Source: an uncultured Phycisphaerales bacterium (lineage in GTDB: Bacteria; Planctomycetota; Phycisphaerae; Sedimentisphaerales; Anaerobacaceae). Taken from it: a stretch of 64,000 nt of DNA. The DNA is taken from assembly GCA_963718665.1 (NCBI GenBank), contig OY970359.1:800001-864000 (forward strand), given 5' to 3'. The notes under the pieces were generated by a model. It saw nothing but the letters and a program-made list of their open reading frames with translations, ran no database searches and was not told where the DNA came from. Made by a program: the position numbers and the translations under genes. Shown here in pieces: positions 8,126 through 18,625 of the stretch; position 1 is the stretch's first letter; each line of letters opens with the position of its first letter.

Positions 8126-10378
8126 ATGAAGACCAGCTTATCGTTTATTGTCGTGATACTTGCTCTGATGGGTATCGGCAGCTCCAGCGACAACTCGGTT
8201 AACTACTCAGCAGCAGCTCATTCGAGTACCAGTACTCGAATGGAAACGGTTAACGTCGCTGGGCAAAACCTCACTATAACCGAGGTGGGCGATTTACTAT
8301 CAACGCCACTCAGTTCTTCTATCACCGTAGCCAAGACCTCCGTTACAGAATCGAGCACCTTCACCATAAAAATGGCGGTGACAAACACGGGGGCTACAAC
8401 AGTCACAGGCGTCCAGCCCTCATCGCTGGATGTTAACGGAACGGGTTGGGCAGCGTTGCTCAAATGGCCGTCTCCTGCGTCGGCGTCAATCGCTCCTGGA
8501 AAAACGGTCAAGTTCTCTATGAATTACAAGGCGATGCTGGCCGGGACAGTGACTTTAAGCGGTAATGCGACAAGTTCAGATGGAAACTCTATTGTGAGTT
8601 CCTCACCATCTATTACTATTCTGCCCAAGAAAATAGGTACTGCCGCAGTTACCGATGATTTAGGCAACGCGATGCTGAAATCCGGCAAAGTTACCCTTCC
8701 AATCCAGATACAGGACGAGGATACAGGCAGTCCCATTACGGGGCTTTCGCTCTCGCTGGCGTTGGATAAAAAGAACCCCTCGCGTGCCGTGCTCGCCGTG
8801 GCAGACCCTCTCGGCAGGTATCCGCTTCAAATTCTCGTGCTTCAAGGCCCGAACACAGTCGCAGCCTCATCAGCAGCCGTCTGCAGGGCGGTTTCCCAGC
8901 ATCAGGATACTGACCCGCTTACCGTCAGTTCCCAGCCGGATTGCAGTCCTGACAATTTGTACTCTCACGTAATATTACCGATTGAAACATCAGCGTTGCC
9001 CTCTCTGAAAGTGAATGCTCCTCCTTCTCCACTATCGGACACGATATCGTCTGCAACCGAGTCGGCCCTGAGTTCAGCGATGCTAGAGAAATTGAAGGCT
9101 ACCGTGTCCAAAACAACGATTTCATGTAAGGATGCTCTGGCAGAGGATAAAGCCACACTCGCCGGATTACCCGTGGATAAAATAATTGACAAATTCATCA
9201 TTGACCCGGCGGCCACGGCCGCTTGCGCCATTGCATTCCCCGAATTTGCGGCGGCCTGTCCTGAAATTGTCGAATCAGCCGGCAAAGCAGGTGATATGCT
9301 CAAGGCGGTGAACATTATGACAGATGTGTTCCAATGTGGCCTGAATCCGAGCGATGAGCTTGTACTCCAAAGGATCACATTACTGCCCGGTTCTGCTGAC
9401 GTCCTGCTGTATCAGGAGCTTGTCTCGCCGGAGAAGACCACGCCCACGTTTGTTCAAGTCCCGGTGTCGGCAACAGACCAATATGGTCAGCCGCTCTCGA
9501 CCGGTTCGCTCGAAATGTTCAGTCAGTCGAATCAGGGAGTCGGTTTGCGAGCAGTTATCGAAAATGGCGAGGCGGAAGTTCCTGTTCCCCTTGGAGATTA
9601 CAACTGGACACTGCGTTCGAAGAACTTTAAACCACAGTGCGGTCAGGTTTCGGTGAATGACAGCAATGCGACCATAACGGCGGTTATGCAGCCGCAGCCA
9701 ATTGCCTCGGGCACTGCAACTGCTGATCAACTCACAGGATTCCTGCCGGAAGGCACAACGTTCACTGTAACTCCGCACTTCTTCGATGCAAATGGTAATG
9801 AAGTGGCATGCAGCGGCCAGGTGAAATTCTATGCCCACAACCCAGTGGGCACGCTGGTCGCAACCGTTGATGCCGATACAGGCCTTGTTACTATGCAGGG
9901 TGGCTGCGGCGCAGCCGGAATCACCGCCTGGTGTAATGGCATGGAAAGCCAACGATTGCTTGTCTCCACCGACTGCGATGGAACATTGCCGCCATCGCCT
10001 CCTACGGTGGCGGGACTGCCCAAAGGGTTCCCCCAAAACCTCCCCACGGGAAATTACGTGATGACGTGGTCGGCGGATGTCAGCAGCTTCCAGTGTTGCA
10101 GCGGCTCACCACCAACATGCGCCACTTCTCCAGGGTACTCTGTCCCTCCCACGACTGTCGGCACATTCCCATTGACAAACCTGAAGACCTTTGCGAAGGT
10201 GGTGGTGCAGGCCTTCAATTACGCAGTTGCGAGCGTCAGTGAGCCGGGCTGTTCTCAGTCCGTGAGCTATTCCCCCTTCACCGACGACGCGTTCACGGTG
10301 ACCTACACCGTGACCTGTTCCCAGGAGGACTGTACCGATGCTATCACAACGTTTACCTTCACCTTGCAAAAGCAGTAG
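8126..10378 (+). CDS. Secreted hypothetical protein, Ser/Thr-rich with probable Ig-like beta domains and a Cys-rich C-terminus
   Basis: 750 aa ORF, AAGGA RBS, signal peptide, TNTG/IAPG pattern typical of CARDB/Ig-like domains. Confidence 0.75.
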   Translation: MKTSLSFIVVILALMGIGSSSDNSVNYSAAAHSSTSTRMETVNVAGQNLTITEVGDLLSTPLSSSITVAKTSVTESSTFTIKMAVTNTGATTVTGVQPSSLDVNGTGWAALLKWPSPASASIAPGKTVKFSMNYKAMLAGTVTLSGNATSSDGNSIVSSSPSITILPKKIGTAAVTDDLGNAMLKSGKVTLPIQIQDEDTGSPITGLSLSLALDKKNPSRAVLAVADPLGRYPLQILVLQGPNTVAASSAAVCRAVSQHQDTDPLTVSSQPDCSPDNLYSHVILPIETSALPSLKVNAPPSPLSDTISSATESALSSAMLEKLKATVSKTTISCKDALAEDKATLAGLPVDKIIDKFIIDPAATAACAIAFPEFAAACPEIVESAGKAGDMLKAVNIMTDVFQCGLNPSDELVLQRITLLPGSADVLLYQELVSPEKTTPTFVQVPVSATDQYGQPLSTGSLEMFSQSNQGVGLRAVIENGEAEVPVPLGDYNWTLRSKNFKPQCGQVSVNDSNATITAVMQPQPIASGTATADQLTGFLPEGTTFTVTPHFFDANGNEVACSGQVKFYAHNPVGTLVATVDADTGLVTMQGGCGAAGITAWCNGMESQRLLVSTDCDGTLPPSPPTVAGLPKGFPQNLPTGNYVMTWSADVSSFQCCSGSPPTCATSPGYSVPPTTVGTFPLTNLKTFAKVVVQAFNYAVASVSEPGCSQSVSYSPFTDDAFTVTYTVTCSQEDCTDAITTFTFTLQKQ

Positions 10379-10844
10379 CCCCGCGCAGCGCGAATATAGT
10401 CATGGGTGCATCTGATGGGTGCGCCTGTAGCTCAATATCCATGTTTCTGTCCGATGCAACCGGCCAAGTTGGAACTGTAACGATTCATGTAGTAATTCCC
10501 TCCCTCACCTCGGGTACGACCGACACCAGCGGTTCGGATTAGCTGACCGCCTGAAAAAATAAAGTATAGATGGCCCGATGGCCGATGAATCTTTGAACAA
10601 AGTACGAGTTACCCGGATGCATAGCTTTGCCTGAAGCGGTGTCTATGCACATCAAAGAGAAGACCCAAGATGGCTTTTACTCTGGGGGTCATTGTATGTT
10701 TAGCGGATTGCGATAGTCAAAGCCGCAAGGAATGACTGAAAATAATTGCGTTTTAAGATGGATATGATAACCTGCGGAAATAGGAATGTGTAGTAGTGAT
10801 GTTAAGGCGTGTATATGAGAAACCTCAGATTAAGGAGACAGAAA

Positions 10845-11435
10845 ATGAGAAAGTTACTGACGATGTTTGTATTATTGGGGGTATTAGGTGTATGTGCGCC
10901 CTCGTATGGGTTCATCGTCGTTTATAAAGTAGCCATCAGCTATAAAACACTTGCCACTGATTATGACACGATAGCCAAAGGCGCGATAAAGGGCGTTCTG
11001 GTGATGAATATCGACGATTCCAGCGAACCCGCTGTGATTGACGAGGCACAATTTGTGCTTTATGGCAACGTCGAAGGCGGAAAACATTATGAATCGCTCG
11101 ATATTACCGACTATATAGAGTTAACGGAGAGCGAGAATAATGCGGCCATAACCATAGGTGCGACAGGGGGTATTGATTACAGCGCTAATCTGTTCGGGAA
11201 GTTAAAAGCGACAAATATCGGCCTTTCGGATAAAAAATGGATTCCCTCCGCCTTGAGCGGCGGCATACTTATGAATGGCACATTCTTTTACATAGCGGAT
11301 CTCATAGGGTTTAGCGCCGTTTCAGCAACTCTCGATTCCAAAACGACCCAAACTACCAATAGAACAGGGGCTAATGTTAGCGACGTCGTTGATAATATCA
11401 TAAGTGCATTGGGAGGTTATTCGCCTCTGTTATAA
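10845..11435 (+). CDS. Secreted hypothetical protein
   Basis: AAGGAG RBS before ATG 10845; signal peptide MRKLLTMFVLLGVLGVCAPSYG. Confidence 0.75.
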   Translation: MRKLLTMFVLLGVLGVCAPSYGFIVVYKVAISYKTLATDYDTIAKGAIKGVLVMNIDDSSEPAVIDEAQFVLYGNVEGGKHYESLDITDYIELTESENNAAITIGATGGIDYSANLFGKLKATNIGLSDKKWIPSALSGGILMNGTFFYIADLIGFSAVSATLDSKTTQTTNRTGANVSDVVDNIISALGGYSPLL

Positions 11436-11494
11436 GTCGTCTGATTGTAGGGTGGATAGGGCAGGAAACTTGCCGTTTGAATATTCGCTACCGA

Positions 11495-11687
11495 TCCCGT
11501 ACTGTAAAAATATTCATATCATCCATCAGACCGCCCTCCTGTATGACTTCAAAAGCCCGCCAAAACACTCAGGATACAGGAACCATACTGCGGAACCATA
11601 GGAAAGCCGACCAATTTCAATAAAATCAATGGCTTATAAGGCCAGATATTCCATAAACTTAGCATCGGATGAATTTTTAATAGTGCG
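11495..11687 (+). repeat. Repeat A copy 4 (full length)
   Basis: tcccgtactgtaaaaatattc...cggatgaatttttaatagtgcg. Confidence 0.92.
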
Positions 11688-11727
11688 ACTCAAAACCGCT
11701 GAACCATTAAACACGCCCTAAAAAAAC

Positions 11728-11765
11728 AAAAAAGGCAGTGCAACATAAATTGTTGCGACTGCCTT
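11728..11765 (-). terminator. Probable intrinsic terminator
   Basis: aaggcagtgcaaca-taaat-tgttgcgactgcctt stem-loop with adjacent A-run (U-tract on minus strand). Confidence 0.7.
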
Positions 11766-11776
11766 ACTTACATCAG

Positions 11777-11948
11777 TAGCGGGGGCATCATATAAGGACC
11801 TGAAGATACCGGATTTTTAGCACACTATGCCGAAAATTGATGGCACTTTTGTCACCTTTTGAACACTGCCAAAACGCGTAACTCTTTATCCGTCAAACCG
11901 TTACCGAATGTCACCCCTCTATACCCTGACAAAGTTTTAAAACCTACC
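11777..11948 (+). repeat. Repeat B copy 1 (172 bp)
   Basis: First 88 bp identical to 18099-18186; about 12 mismatches over the rest. Confidence 0.95.
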
Positions 11949-11957
11949 TCCTAAAAA

Positions 11958-11996
11958 TCAGCTTTACCTAAAACTTAGCATCGGATGAATATTTTT
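11958..11996 (+). repeat. Repeat A copy 5 (degenerate right end)
   Basis: tcagctttacctaaaacttagcatcggatgaatattttt. Confidence 0.75.
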
Positions 11997-12113
11997 CTGT
12001 GGGATATTTGCATCCTGCGCGAAAATAGCTGAAAAATTTGCCTTTTTGACAAAGAGAACTGTTGAGTCAATTGCTGTTCTTTATATCTTAGGCTTATCAT
12101 CTTGCTTAAGGCG

Positions 12114-14181
12114 TCAATTCTCATCTCTGTTTCTTGCCCAGGATTTGTATTTTTCAAATGCCCCGGAACTCCGCCAGACCTTTTCATCCCAGTTATCGCC
12201 TATGTCCATAAAATAATCTCTTGCGTCCTCTTTTTCACCGCAGGCACAAGCCATAAAACATAAACGATTGCAAGTTTCTATATCCTTGAAACCAGGAAAT
12301 TGCTTGGCGAAATCCTTCTGTCCCTCCTTGATGCGTTTATAGTCAAAACCCGATTCTCTAAATTCATTCACATCTTTCACATAACACGTCATTTTACGCG
12401 CAAGCAAAAAGTAGAGAGATTGCCCTATTTCATTTTTAGTTGATTCGGCAGCCTCTCTGGCAAGCTGTTCATATTGACCAGGTTCTCCATACCATCGGGG
12501 CAAATAGGCAAAACCACGGGTAGAATAAAGAGGATAATAAGTCGGTTCGATTGCAACCCCTTTTTCGAAAGCAGTTTCAATGTCACCCAATTTGTGAAGG
12601 CCCGTCGCAACAGAAATCCATTTTTCATAAAGGGCTGGGTCTTTGACATTCAGCTTTTCCGCTTCTTTCAACACATCCAGAGCTTTTGAAAGATCCTGTT
12701 CAAAAGGCTGCCAGGCTGTCGGTGATACGGTATTTGAGTATCCACTGCCGCGTATATGCCATCCCTGCCAATAAAGAGAAATCGCCAAAGCAATGCGCGG
12801 TGTTATAGAAGATGGATATTTAGAAATCCATTTTTCGCAATATATAGTATTGTCTTCAAATGGGCGGCTGCCATAGCCGATTTCGAATGCACTATAAAAA
12901 TAATCCAATTGCCAGTTGCCGTTGGTGAAACGTCTCTTTTCACTTCGTATCTGAGAAGCCATTTTTTCCAATTCATCAAAATCTTCTGCTCTCAAATACA
13001 TATGTATTTCCTGCAGGCAGAATTCGTTGTTGTCATATATTTTGTTATAACCTAACATTGCTCCATCATCGTAAATACCACATTTTTTGTTTTTAAAGCA
13101 TTTATTGTTGTCAACGTGCGGCGCACAGTTCTTGTCGATGCTTATGCCATGCCATTTGTTTTCTGTACAAATATTTTCGCTTACAGTTCCGGTGACACCA
13201 TTTCGCAAAAGGATGCCATTGATTCCATTGCGGCGGCATATATTTTTAACAGCCGATACACTTGTTTGACTGCTGATTTCAATTCCACTTAAGCCATTGT
13301 CAAAACAATTGTTGTCGCTGACATTAAACGGACTTTTTGAAACAAACAAGATACCTGACCATTTATTTCCACAGAACGTATTTGCGGATACTTCCACAGT
13401 CGCATTGTCTTGCATGGTCATGCCATTATGTGCATTGTTTTTACATAAATTACCCTGCACAATGCCGTCAGTAAAATCCTTGAAATGGATGCCGTTCCTC
13501 TTATTGTTAACACATGTATTGTTTTTTAATTCGACATTGCCGTTGCCAAGGACAAGGATGCCGTAGGAACGGTTATTATAAATCGTACAATCAACGATCG
13601 AAACATGATTCAAATGCACATGGTCATTCTCAATTCTGATACCATCGGAAGAACTGTCGCAAATAATAAGATGTTCAAGCGATGCGCCGCTATTGTCTAT
13701 CTGCACGATGGGCCAATTGCCTTCGGATTCGTCTCCGATAATTTCAGTGTTATAATGCCTTAATGTCAATTTACTGATTTGAGCATTCTTGCAGTTATCA
13801 ATTTTCAATACGGGACCGATACGCATATCGCCTTGTATTATCACACTGTTGCAATCTTCGCCTTGGAGAATTATTCCATCTTTAAGCGTCAATGATTCTG
13901 TATAAATACCGTTTTTGATATGAACCGTATCGCCGGGCTTTGCGGAATCAATAGCAGACTGAATTGTTTTAGACAATTTGCTATCAACCTCTAGTACCCT
14001 TCCTGATGGAACAATAGGCTCAAGTTTGGTGATCACATGCTGTATTACGCCAGGTTGTATAGTGATTGGCTGCACGCCAAGATAAATTGAAAGTTCAAAA
14101 GCGACAACAGAGATTGCAATAACAAAAAATAAAATGGCAATGGCAAGTTTGAATTTACGTGAAATTAAAATATTTATACAT
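12114..14181 (-). CDS. Membrane-anchored right-handed parallel beta-helix protein fused to a DUF4034-like helical domain
   Basis: TIQSAIDSAKPGDTVHIKNGIY, repeated N..C..N...GI units; C-terminal W..RGSGYS and YLPRWYG motifs. RBS GAAAGGAG+ATG at 14181 is one base out of frame (likely indel). Confidence 0.8.
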
Positions 14182-14810
14182 GCTCCTTTCTGCCAATGGT
14201 TTTCTATTGTCCCTCGAAATCTGGGGACACCATATAATGGCACTAACTTAACTGGAATTTCCCGTATCAAACGCTTGGCTACGCAACCAAGCTTTCCAAT
14301 TCTCGATAATATCAAAATCTTCGAGGTGTCCTAATCTTAGTTGAAGGTTCAATGGCTACTTCTGTTGGACATATTAAGCGGCCCTTTCTTTCATAGCAAC
14401 AGATTTTCCCTTCAGCGAATGAAGATATAATGAGTTCAACATCAAGGGCCTTGAAAAGATAGATGTGGCGCCTCAAGATCTAGAATATGTATATAGAGCA
14501 ATGCTGCTTTAAGACATTCATCACGTTCAGAGGCTGATAAAACAGCTGTTTTACATCCAATAGCGGGGGCGCGCTCGTGGCCGTATCACATGAAAAATGC
14601 CTTCTGGGAAAAATGGTGCGTGGCGGCTTAAATTGACCGATTGCCGTGGTTTTCTTGTCGTTGTTACCATTCGTCTACTCCTTAACCAAGTGCTTAATAT
14701 GGGAAATCCTAATTTTAAACACGTAGAGAGGCGATTTTTCTTGATTTTTCGGCCTGTTTCTGGCTATAATATGGAACCTAGTTTTATGCTGATTGTTCAT
14801 GGAGGACGGT

Positions 14811-16445
14811 GTGAGCAGATACGCCCGAATCATGGCGTTGTGGGGTGTCATAGTTTCAGCACAATATTGTGTGCTGACGCAGAAGGCATACGGTCTGGTG
14901 GAATCAACCGGTCCAGACGGGTCTGATGCAATAGCGGTGCACCAACTCGGCATTACGGGAAAAGGCGTTAATGTCGGATTCATATCGGCTGACAGTGTGC
15001 TAACCACACATGAGGCCTTCCAAGACGCCAACGGCATTATACATGCTTTTGATTACGACTTCACAGGCGACGGTAATTCGATTACCGCACACGACACGCA
15101 ATTGGCAGGAATAATCGCGAGCAACGGTGGAGCCGCATATCCGAACGAAATCGGAGTAGCTCCAGGAGCGGTTATTTACTCTGCAAGAGTTTCGGACAAC
15201 AGCGGAAACGTTTCAAGCACATGGCTTATTAACGCCCTCAATGAGCTGATTGAAGATTATAATTGCCGTGTGATTGTTACCGGGTTCGAATTTACTACAG
15301 GGACAGGAACCGAACCTAACGGCAATAGCCCATGGACACTGCTTTACGATTATTATGCGTATCAGTATGGCGTGACTTTTGTAAATGCGGCGGGCAATCG
15401 AAACACGTATGTTACCATATTTGGCGACGCTTATAACGGCATAACCACGGGCGGACTTCGGCTTACCGACCCGAATAACCCCTCTGACTATCGCTGGGCG
15501 GGACTTATAAGCGGTTCCGGGCCAACAACAGACGGCAGACGCAAGCCGGATATAACCGCACCATCACAAAATCAGATAGTGCCAACATCGAGCAGTGATA
15601 CAGCATGGACGACGGTTGGGTCAACAGGCGGGGAAACGAGTTGGGCGGAACCGCATGCCGCAGGGGCGGCTGCACTGTTACTGGAACTTGCGGACACAAC
15701 ACCGGGGCCGAATGATAATAGCAGCGTTGTAATAAAGGCGGTGCTGGTTAATTCCGCGATGCCGAATGTTAACAGTAAAACGGACATCAGCACAAATCCG
15801 GCAGATTCGAACAATACCTGGCAGGCGGACAGGGGTTATGGTCGGCTTGATTGTCTTCGAGCTTATCAACTGCTGGATACCAACGAAGTCGAGCCCGGAA
15901 CGACAATCACACAGGACAGGGGCTGGGGATTCGGTCGGATTGGGCAAGGGGCAACAAATGTTTACACGATTCATATAGCGCAAAGGTGCCGGCTTATAGC
16001 AACAACCACCTGGCTGCGAAGGATAGACAATATGATGTACGCCCATTTGGCCAACATCGATATGAATGTTTGTGCGCCGGGTGAGCCGAACGCAATTTTT
16101 AACAAAACCATGTTTGGCTACAATACCAGTGACAATCTTATAAAATGTGACCTGCTCATACTCACGCCTGGCGATTATACAATCACAATTGCGAATAACT
16201 CGACGAGCAACGAGACAGCCAATTACGGCTTTGCTTTTGAACTTCATCCGATTATGGCGGGCGATTTGCCGCCAATAGATTATGTCGTGAACTACAACGA
16301 TTTATCGACATTGGCCGCGGACTGGCTGTCGGATGACTCGCCGCTTGATTCACTGCTGGCCCCCAACGGCGTTATAGATTTTGCCGACTTCGCGATACTG
16401 GCACAGAACTGGCTGCAAATCGACCCCCTCTACTATCAATATTGA
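14811..16445 (+). CDS. S8 (subtilisin-like) serine peptidase family protein with C-terminal dockerin-like repeat
   Basis: GITGKGVNVG, HDTQLAGIIA, NAAGN, KPDITAP, GETSWAEPHAAG; C-term VNYNDLSTLAADWL...IDFADFAILAQNWL; GGAGG before GTG 14811. Confidence 0.85.
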   Translation: MSRYARIMALWGVIVSAQYCVLTQKAYGLVESTGPDGSDAIAVHQLGITGKGVNVGFISADSVLTTHEAFQDANGIIHAFDYDFTGDGNSITAHDTQLAGIIASNGGAAYPNEIGVAPGAVIYSARVSDNSGNVSSTWLINALNELIEDYNCRVIVTGFEFTTGTGTEPNGNSPWTLLYDYYAYQYGVTFVNAAGNRNTYVTIFGDAYNGITTGGLRLTDPNNPSDYRWAGLISGSGPTTDGRRKPDITAPSQNQIVPTSSSDTAWTTVGSTGGETSWAEPHAAGAAALLLELADTTPGPNDNSSVVIKAVLVNSAMPNVNSKTDISTNPADSNNTWQADRGYGRLDCLRAYQLLDTNEVEPGTTITQDRGWGFGRIGQGATNVYTIHIAQRCRLIATTTWLRRIDNMMYAHLANIDMNVCAPGEPNAIFNKTMFGYNTSDNLIKCDLLILTPGDYTITIANNSTSNETANYGFAFELHPIMAGDLPPIDYVVNYNDLSTLAADWLSDDSPLDSLLAPNGVIDFADFAILAQNWLQIDPLYYQY

Positions 16446-16538
16446 AGCTGTTATAAAGCTATAACGACATAGGAAAGTCGATATTTCCGACATTTCTGGA
16501 CAGTACCACAGACGCTAAAAGGCAAGAATGTCAAAAAT

Positions 16539-16585
16539 GTCAGCTTTCCTAAATCTTAACATCGGATGAGTTTTTTTATAGTACG
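16539..16585 (+). repeat. Repeat A copy 6 (right end; a separate short internal piece near 16467-16481)
   Basis: gtcagctttcctaaatcttaacatcggatgagtttttttatagtacg. Confidence 0.85.
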
Positions 16586-16603
16586 AGTACACGTTATTTA
16601 TCC

Positions 16604-16804
16604 TTAGGATTTATTTCTATAAAGTATCGGCCATAAAAAGTAATATATCAAGAATGTCATGATAAAAGTAAGGATAGCTGAAAGCATAATTTGTTTAAAA
16701 TACCATGACAGGATTATTTTGAATGTAAAAGCAGACCCAATTGTAGCCCCTAAAGCAACACCAATACTAGCCAATATTCTCATTTTCATTTTGTAATCTT
16801 TCAA
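16604..16804 (-). CDS. Small two-TM hypothetical protein
   Basis: 66 aa hydrophobic ORF filling the gap between repeat A copies 6 and 7. Confidence 0.55.
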   Translation of the reverse strand: MKDYKMKMRILASIGVALGATIGSAFTFKIILSWYFKQIMLSAILTFIMTFLIYYFLWPILYRNKS

Positions 16805-16865
16805 TACCGACGGTTAAATTTTCCTATTACCATAAGTATATAAAGTTCAGTTGAGAGTAAAACAA

Positions 16866-17002
16866 TCCCGTACTGTAAAAATATTCATCTCAACCATCAG
16901 GCCACACTCCTGTACGGCTTCAAAAGCCTACGAAGACGCTCCCGACATAGGAATTATATCGCGGAACCAAAGGGAAGTCGACCGATTTTAACAAAATAAG
17001 CT
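16866..17002 (+). repeat. Repeat A copy 7 (left part, interrupted by IS)
   Basis: tcccgtactgtaaaaatattc...gggaagtcgaccgattttaacaaaataagct, then the IS TIR. Confidence 0.9.
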
Positions 17003-17991
17003 TGTCCTACTCAAAAATTCGAACTTGTTCTATTTCAATAACTTATGTAAACTCCCTGAATTGCTACCAAAAATTGATTCTATAGGAATTCATGGGAGAA
17101 AGCAACCTTGAAAACGCTTTGTATGCTTATTGTTGATTTATTCACCGCCCTGCTCAAGAGCAAACGGGACTTGATCCTCGAAAACCTTGTTCTCCGTCAG
17201 CAATTGGCTATCCAGCAACGCAGCATCAAAAGGCCTAAAATCAAAAATATAGACCGTATCTTCTGGGTCTGGCTGTTCAAAATCTGGGACCATTGGAAAT
17301 CCGCACTGATTATCGTCAAACCCCAGACAGTTATTGGCTGGCACCACAAAGGTTTCAAACTATACTGGCGATGGAAGTCTCACAGAACCGGCAGACCAAC
17401 GACTGATTGGGAACTGATCAAGCTTATCCGAAGGTTTCAGAAGGAAAATCCAACCTGGTCGTCTCAACGGATTCAGGGCGAACTGGCAAAGCTCGGATAC
17501 ACTGTCTGTGATAATACCGTGGCCAAATACATGCAAAAACACAGCTGGGATGATGCTTCGCGACAGCTATGGCTGACCTTTCGCCGAGAGTGTCTGAACC
17601 ACGTCATCACTCTGAATGAAAGACATCTGCATAGCGTGCTGAACGAATACATCAATGAATATTACAACATCAGCAGAACACATATATCACTTAAGAAGGA
17701 TTCGCCCGTGCATCGCCCCCTGTTCAAACCAATGGCAATATCGTTAGCAAAGCCATCCTCGGCGGCCTGCATCACAATTACAGCCGAGTTGCCTGAATAC
17801 AAATCATGCTCTGGTTATCAAGCAAAACAGAGAACTTCTGCACCAACAATGAAGATTCAGCAAAAAACATGTTCCGGCCAGAGAAAGCCCCTTCCAAATC
17901 AGTTAATATCAACTTGCCAATGAGCAATTTCCCCCATCCGACATCCAAAAAACGTTAACTTTTACGGCCGGATGAATTTTTGAGTAGGACA
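17003..17991 (+). mobile_element. Defective IS element (integrase-core/DDE transposase type)
   Basis: Perfect 18-bp TIR TGTCCTACTCAAAAATTC / GAATTTTTGAGTAGGACA enclosing a transposase ORF. Confidence 0.9.
17108..17923 (+). pseudogene. Internally deleted, frameshifted transposase
   Basis: ENLVLRQQL, VKPQTVIGWH, ENPTW..RIQGEL.KLG, then WLTF joined directly to RRECLNHVI (central catalytic region missing). Confidence 0.85.
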
Positions 17992-18048
17992 CTTCATTGA
18001 ACAGTTCGTTGGCCCGATGATCTTGAAGACCGATGGAACCGTGACCAG

Positions 18049-18087
18049 AAAAAAAACACCGCCCTCGGAAGAACCCGAAGGCGGTGT
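18049..18087 (-). terminator. Probable intrinsic terminator
   Basis: A-run plus acaccgccctcgg-aagaac-ccgaaggcggtgt stem-loop. Confidence 0.7.
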
Positions 18088-18098
18088 GATACGGCCAC

Positions 18099-18270
18099 TA
18101 GCGGGGGCATCATATAAGGACCTGAAGATACCGGATTTTTAGCACACTATGCCGAAAATTGATGGCACTTTTGTCACCTTTTGAACGCCGCCAAAATGCG
18201 TAACTCTTTACCAGTAAAACCTTTAGTGAATGTCACCCCTCTATACCCTGACAAAGATTTAAGTCCTACC
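18099..18270 (+). repeat. Repeat B copy 2 (172 bp)
   Basis: Direct repeat of 11777-11948. Confidence 0.95.
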
Positions 18271-18321
18271 CAGCTTCCAGCCACGGTGGACATAGGTAGC
18301 CAATCTCTCGCTAGAACTGTA

Positions 18322-18493
18322 CCCATCCATCAGGCCGCTCTCCTGTATGACTTCAAAAGCCCACCCAAACGTTTCTGACATAGGAATTATATCGCAGAAC
18401 CGTAGGGAAGTCGACCAATTTCAACAAAATTAGCTGCTTGTAAGATCATCTTTACCACAAACTTAACGTCGGATGAGTTTTTATATAGTACGG
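18322..18493 (+). repeat. Repeat A copy 8 (nearly full length)
   Basis: ccatccatcaggccgctctcctgtatgacttcaaaagccc...cggatgagtttttatatagtacgg. Confidence 0.92.
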
Positions 18494-18625
18494 CATTTAG
18501 AACACGTGCGTATGAGATTGATGAAGGCAATATCGTTGGTTCTTGGTCTCTCAGTGACAACTGGGGGCTTTTATACTGATCCTCGTTAAGGAATAGGCTA
18601 AAATATGGTAGTATTTCTTGACGGA

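Noticed and set aside
14182..14315. N-terminal extension of the beta-helix ORF as given in the ORF track
   Set aside because: A strong RBS+ATG at 14181, one base out of frame, suggests the true start; the extension is probably not coding
11404..18378. Small ORFs sharing 'HQ.ALLYDFKSPPK' (11404-11601, 18181-18378) as a peptide family
   Set aside because: They are translations of repeat A; starts, stops and frames are not conserved across copies
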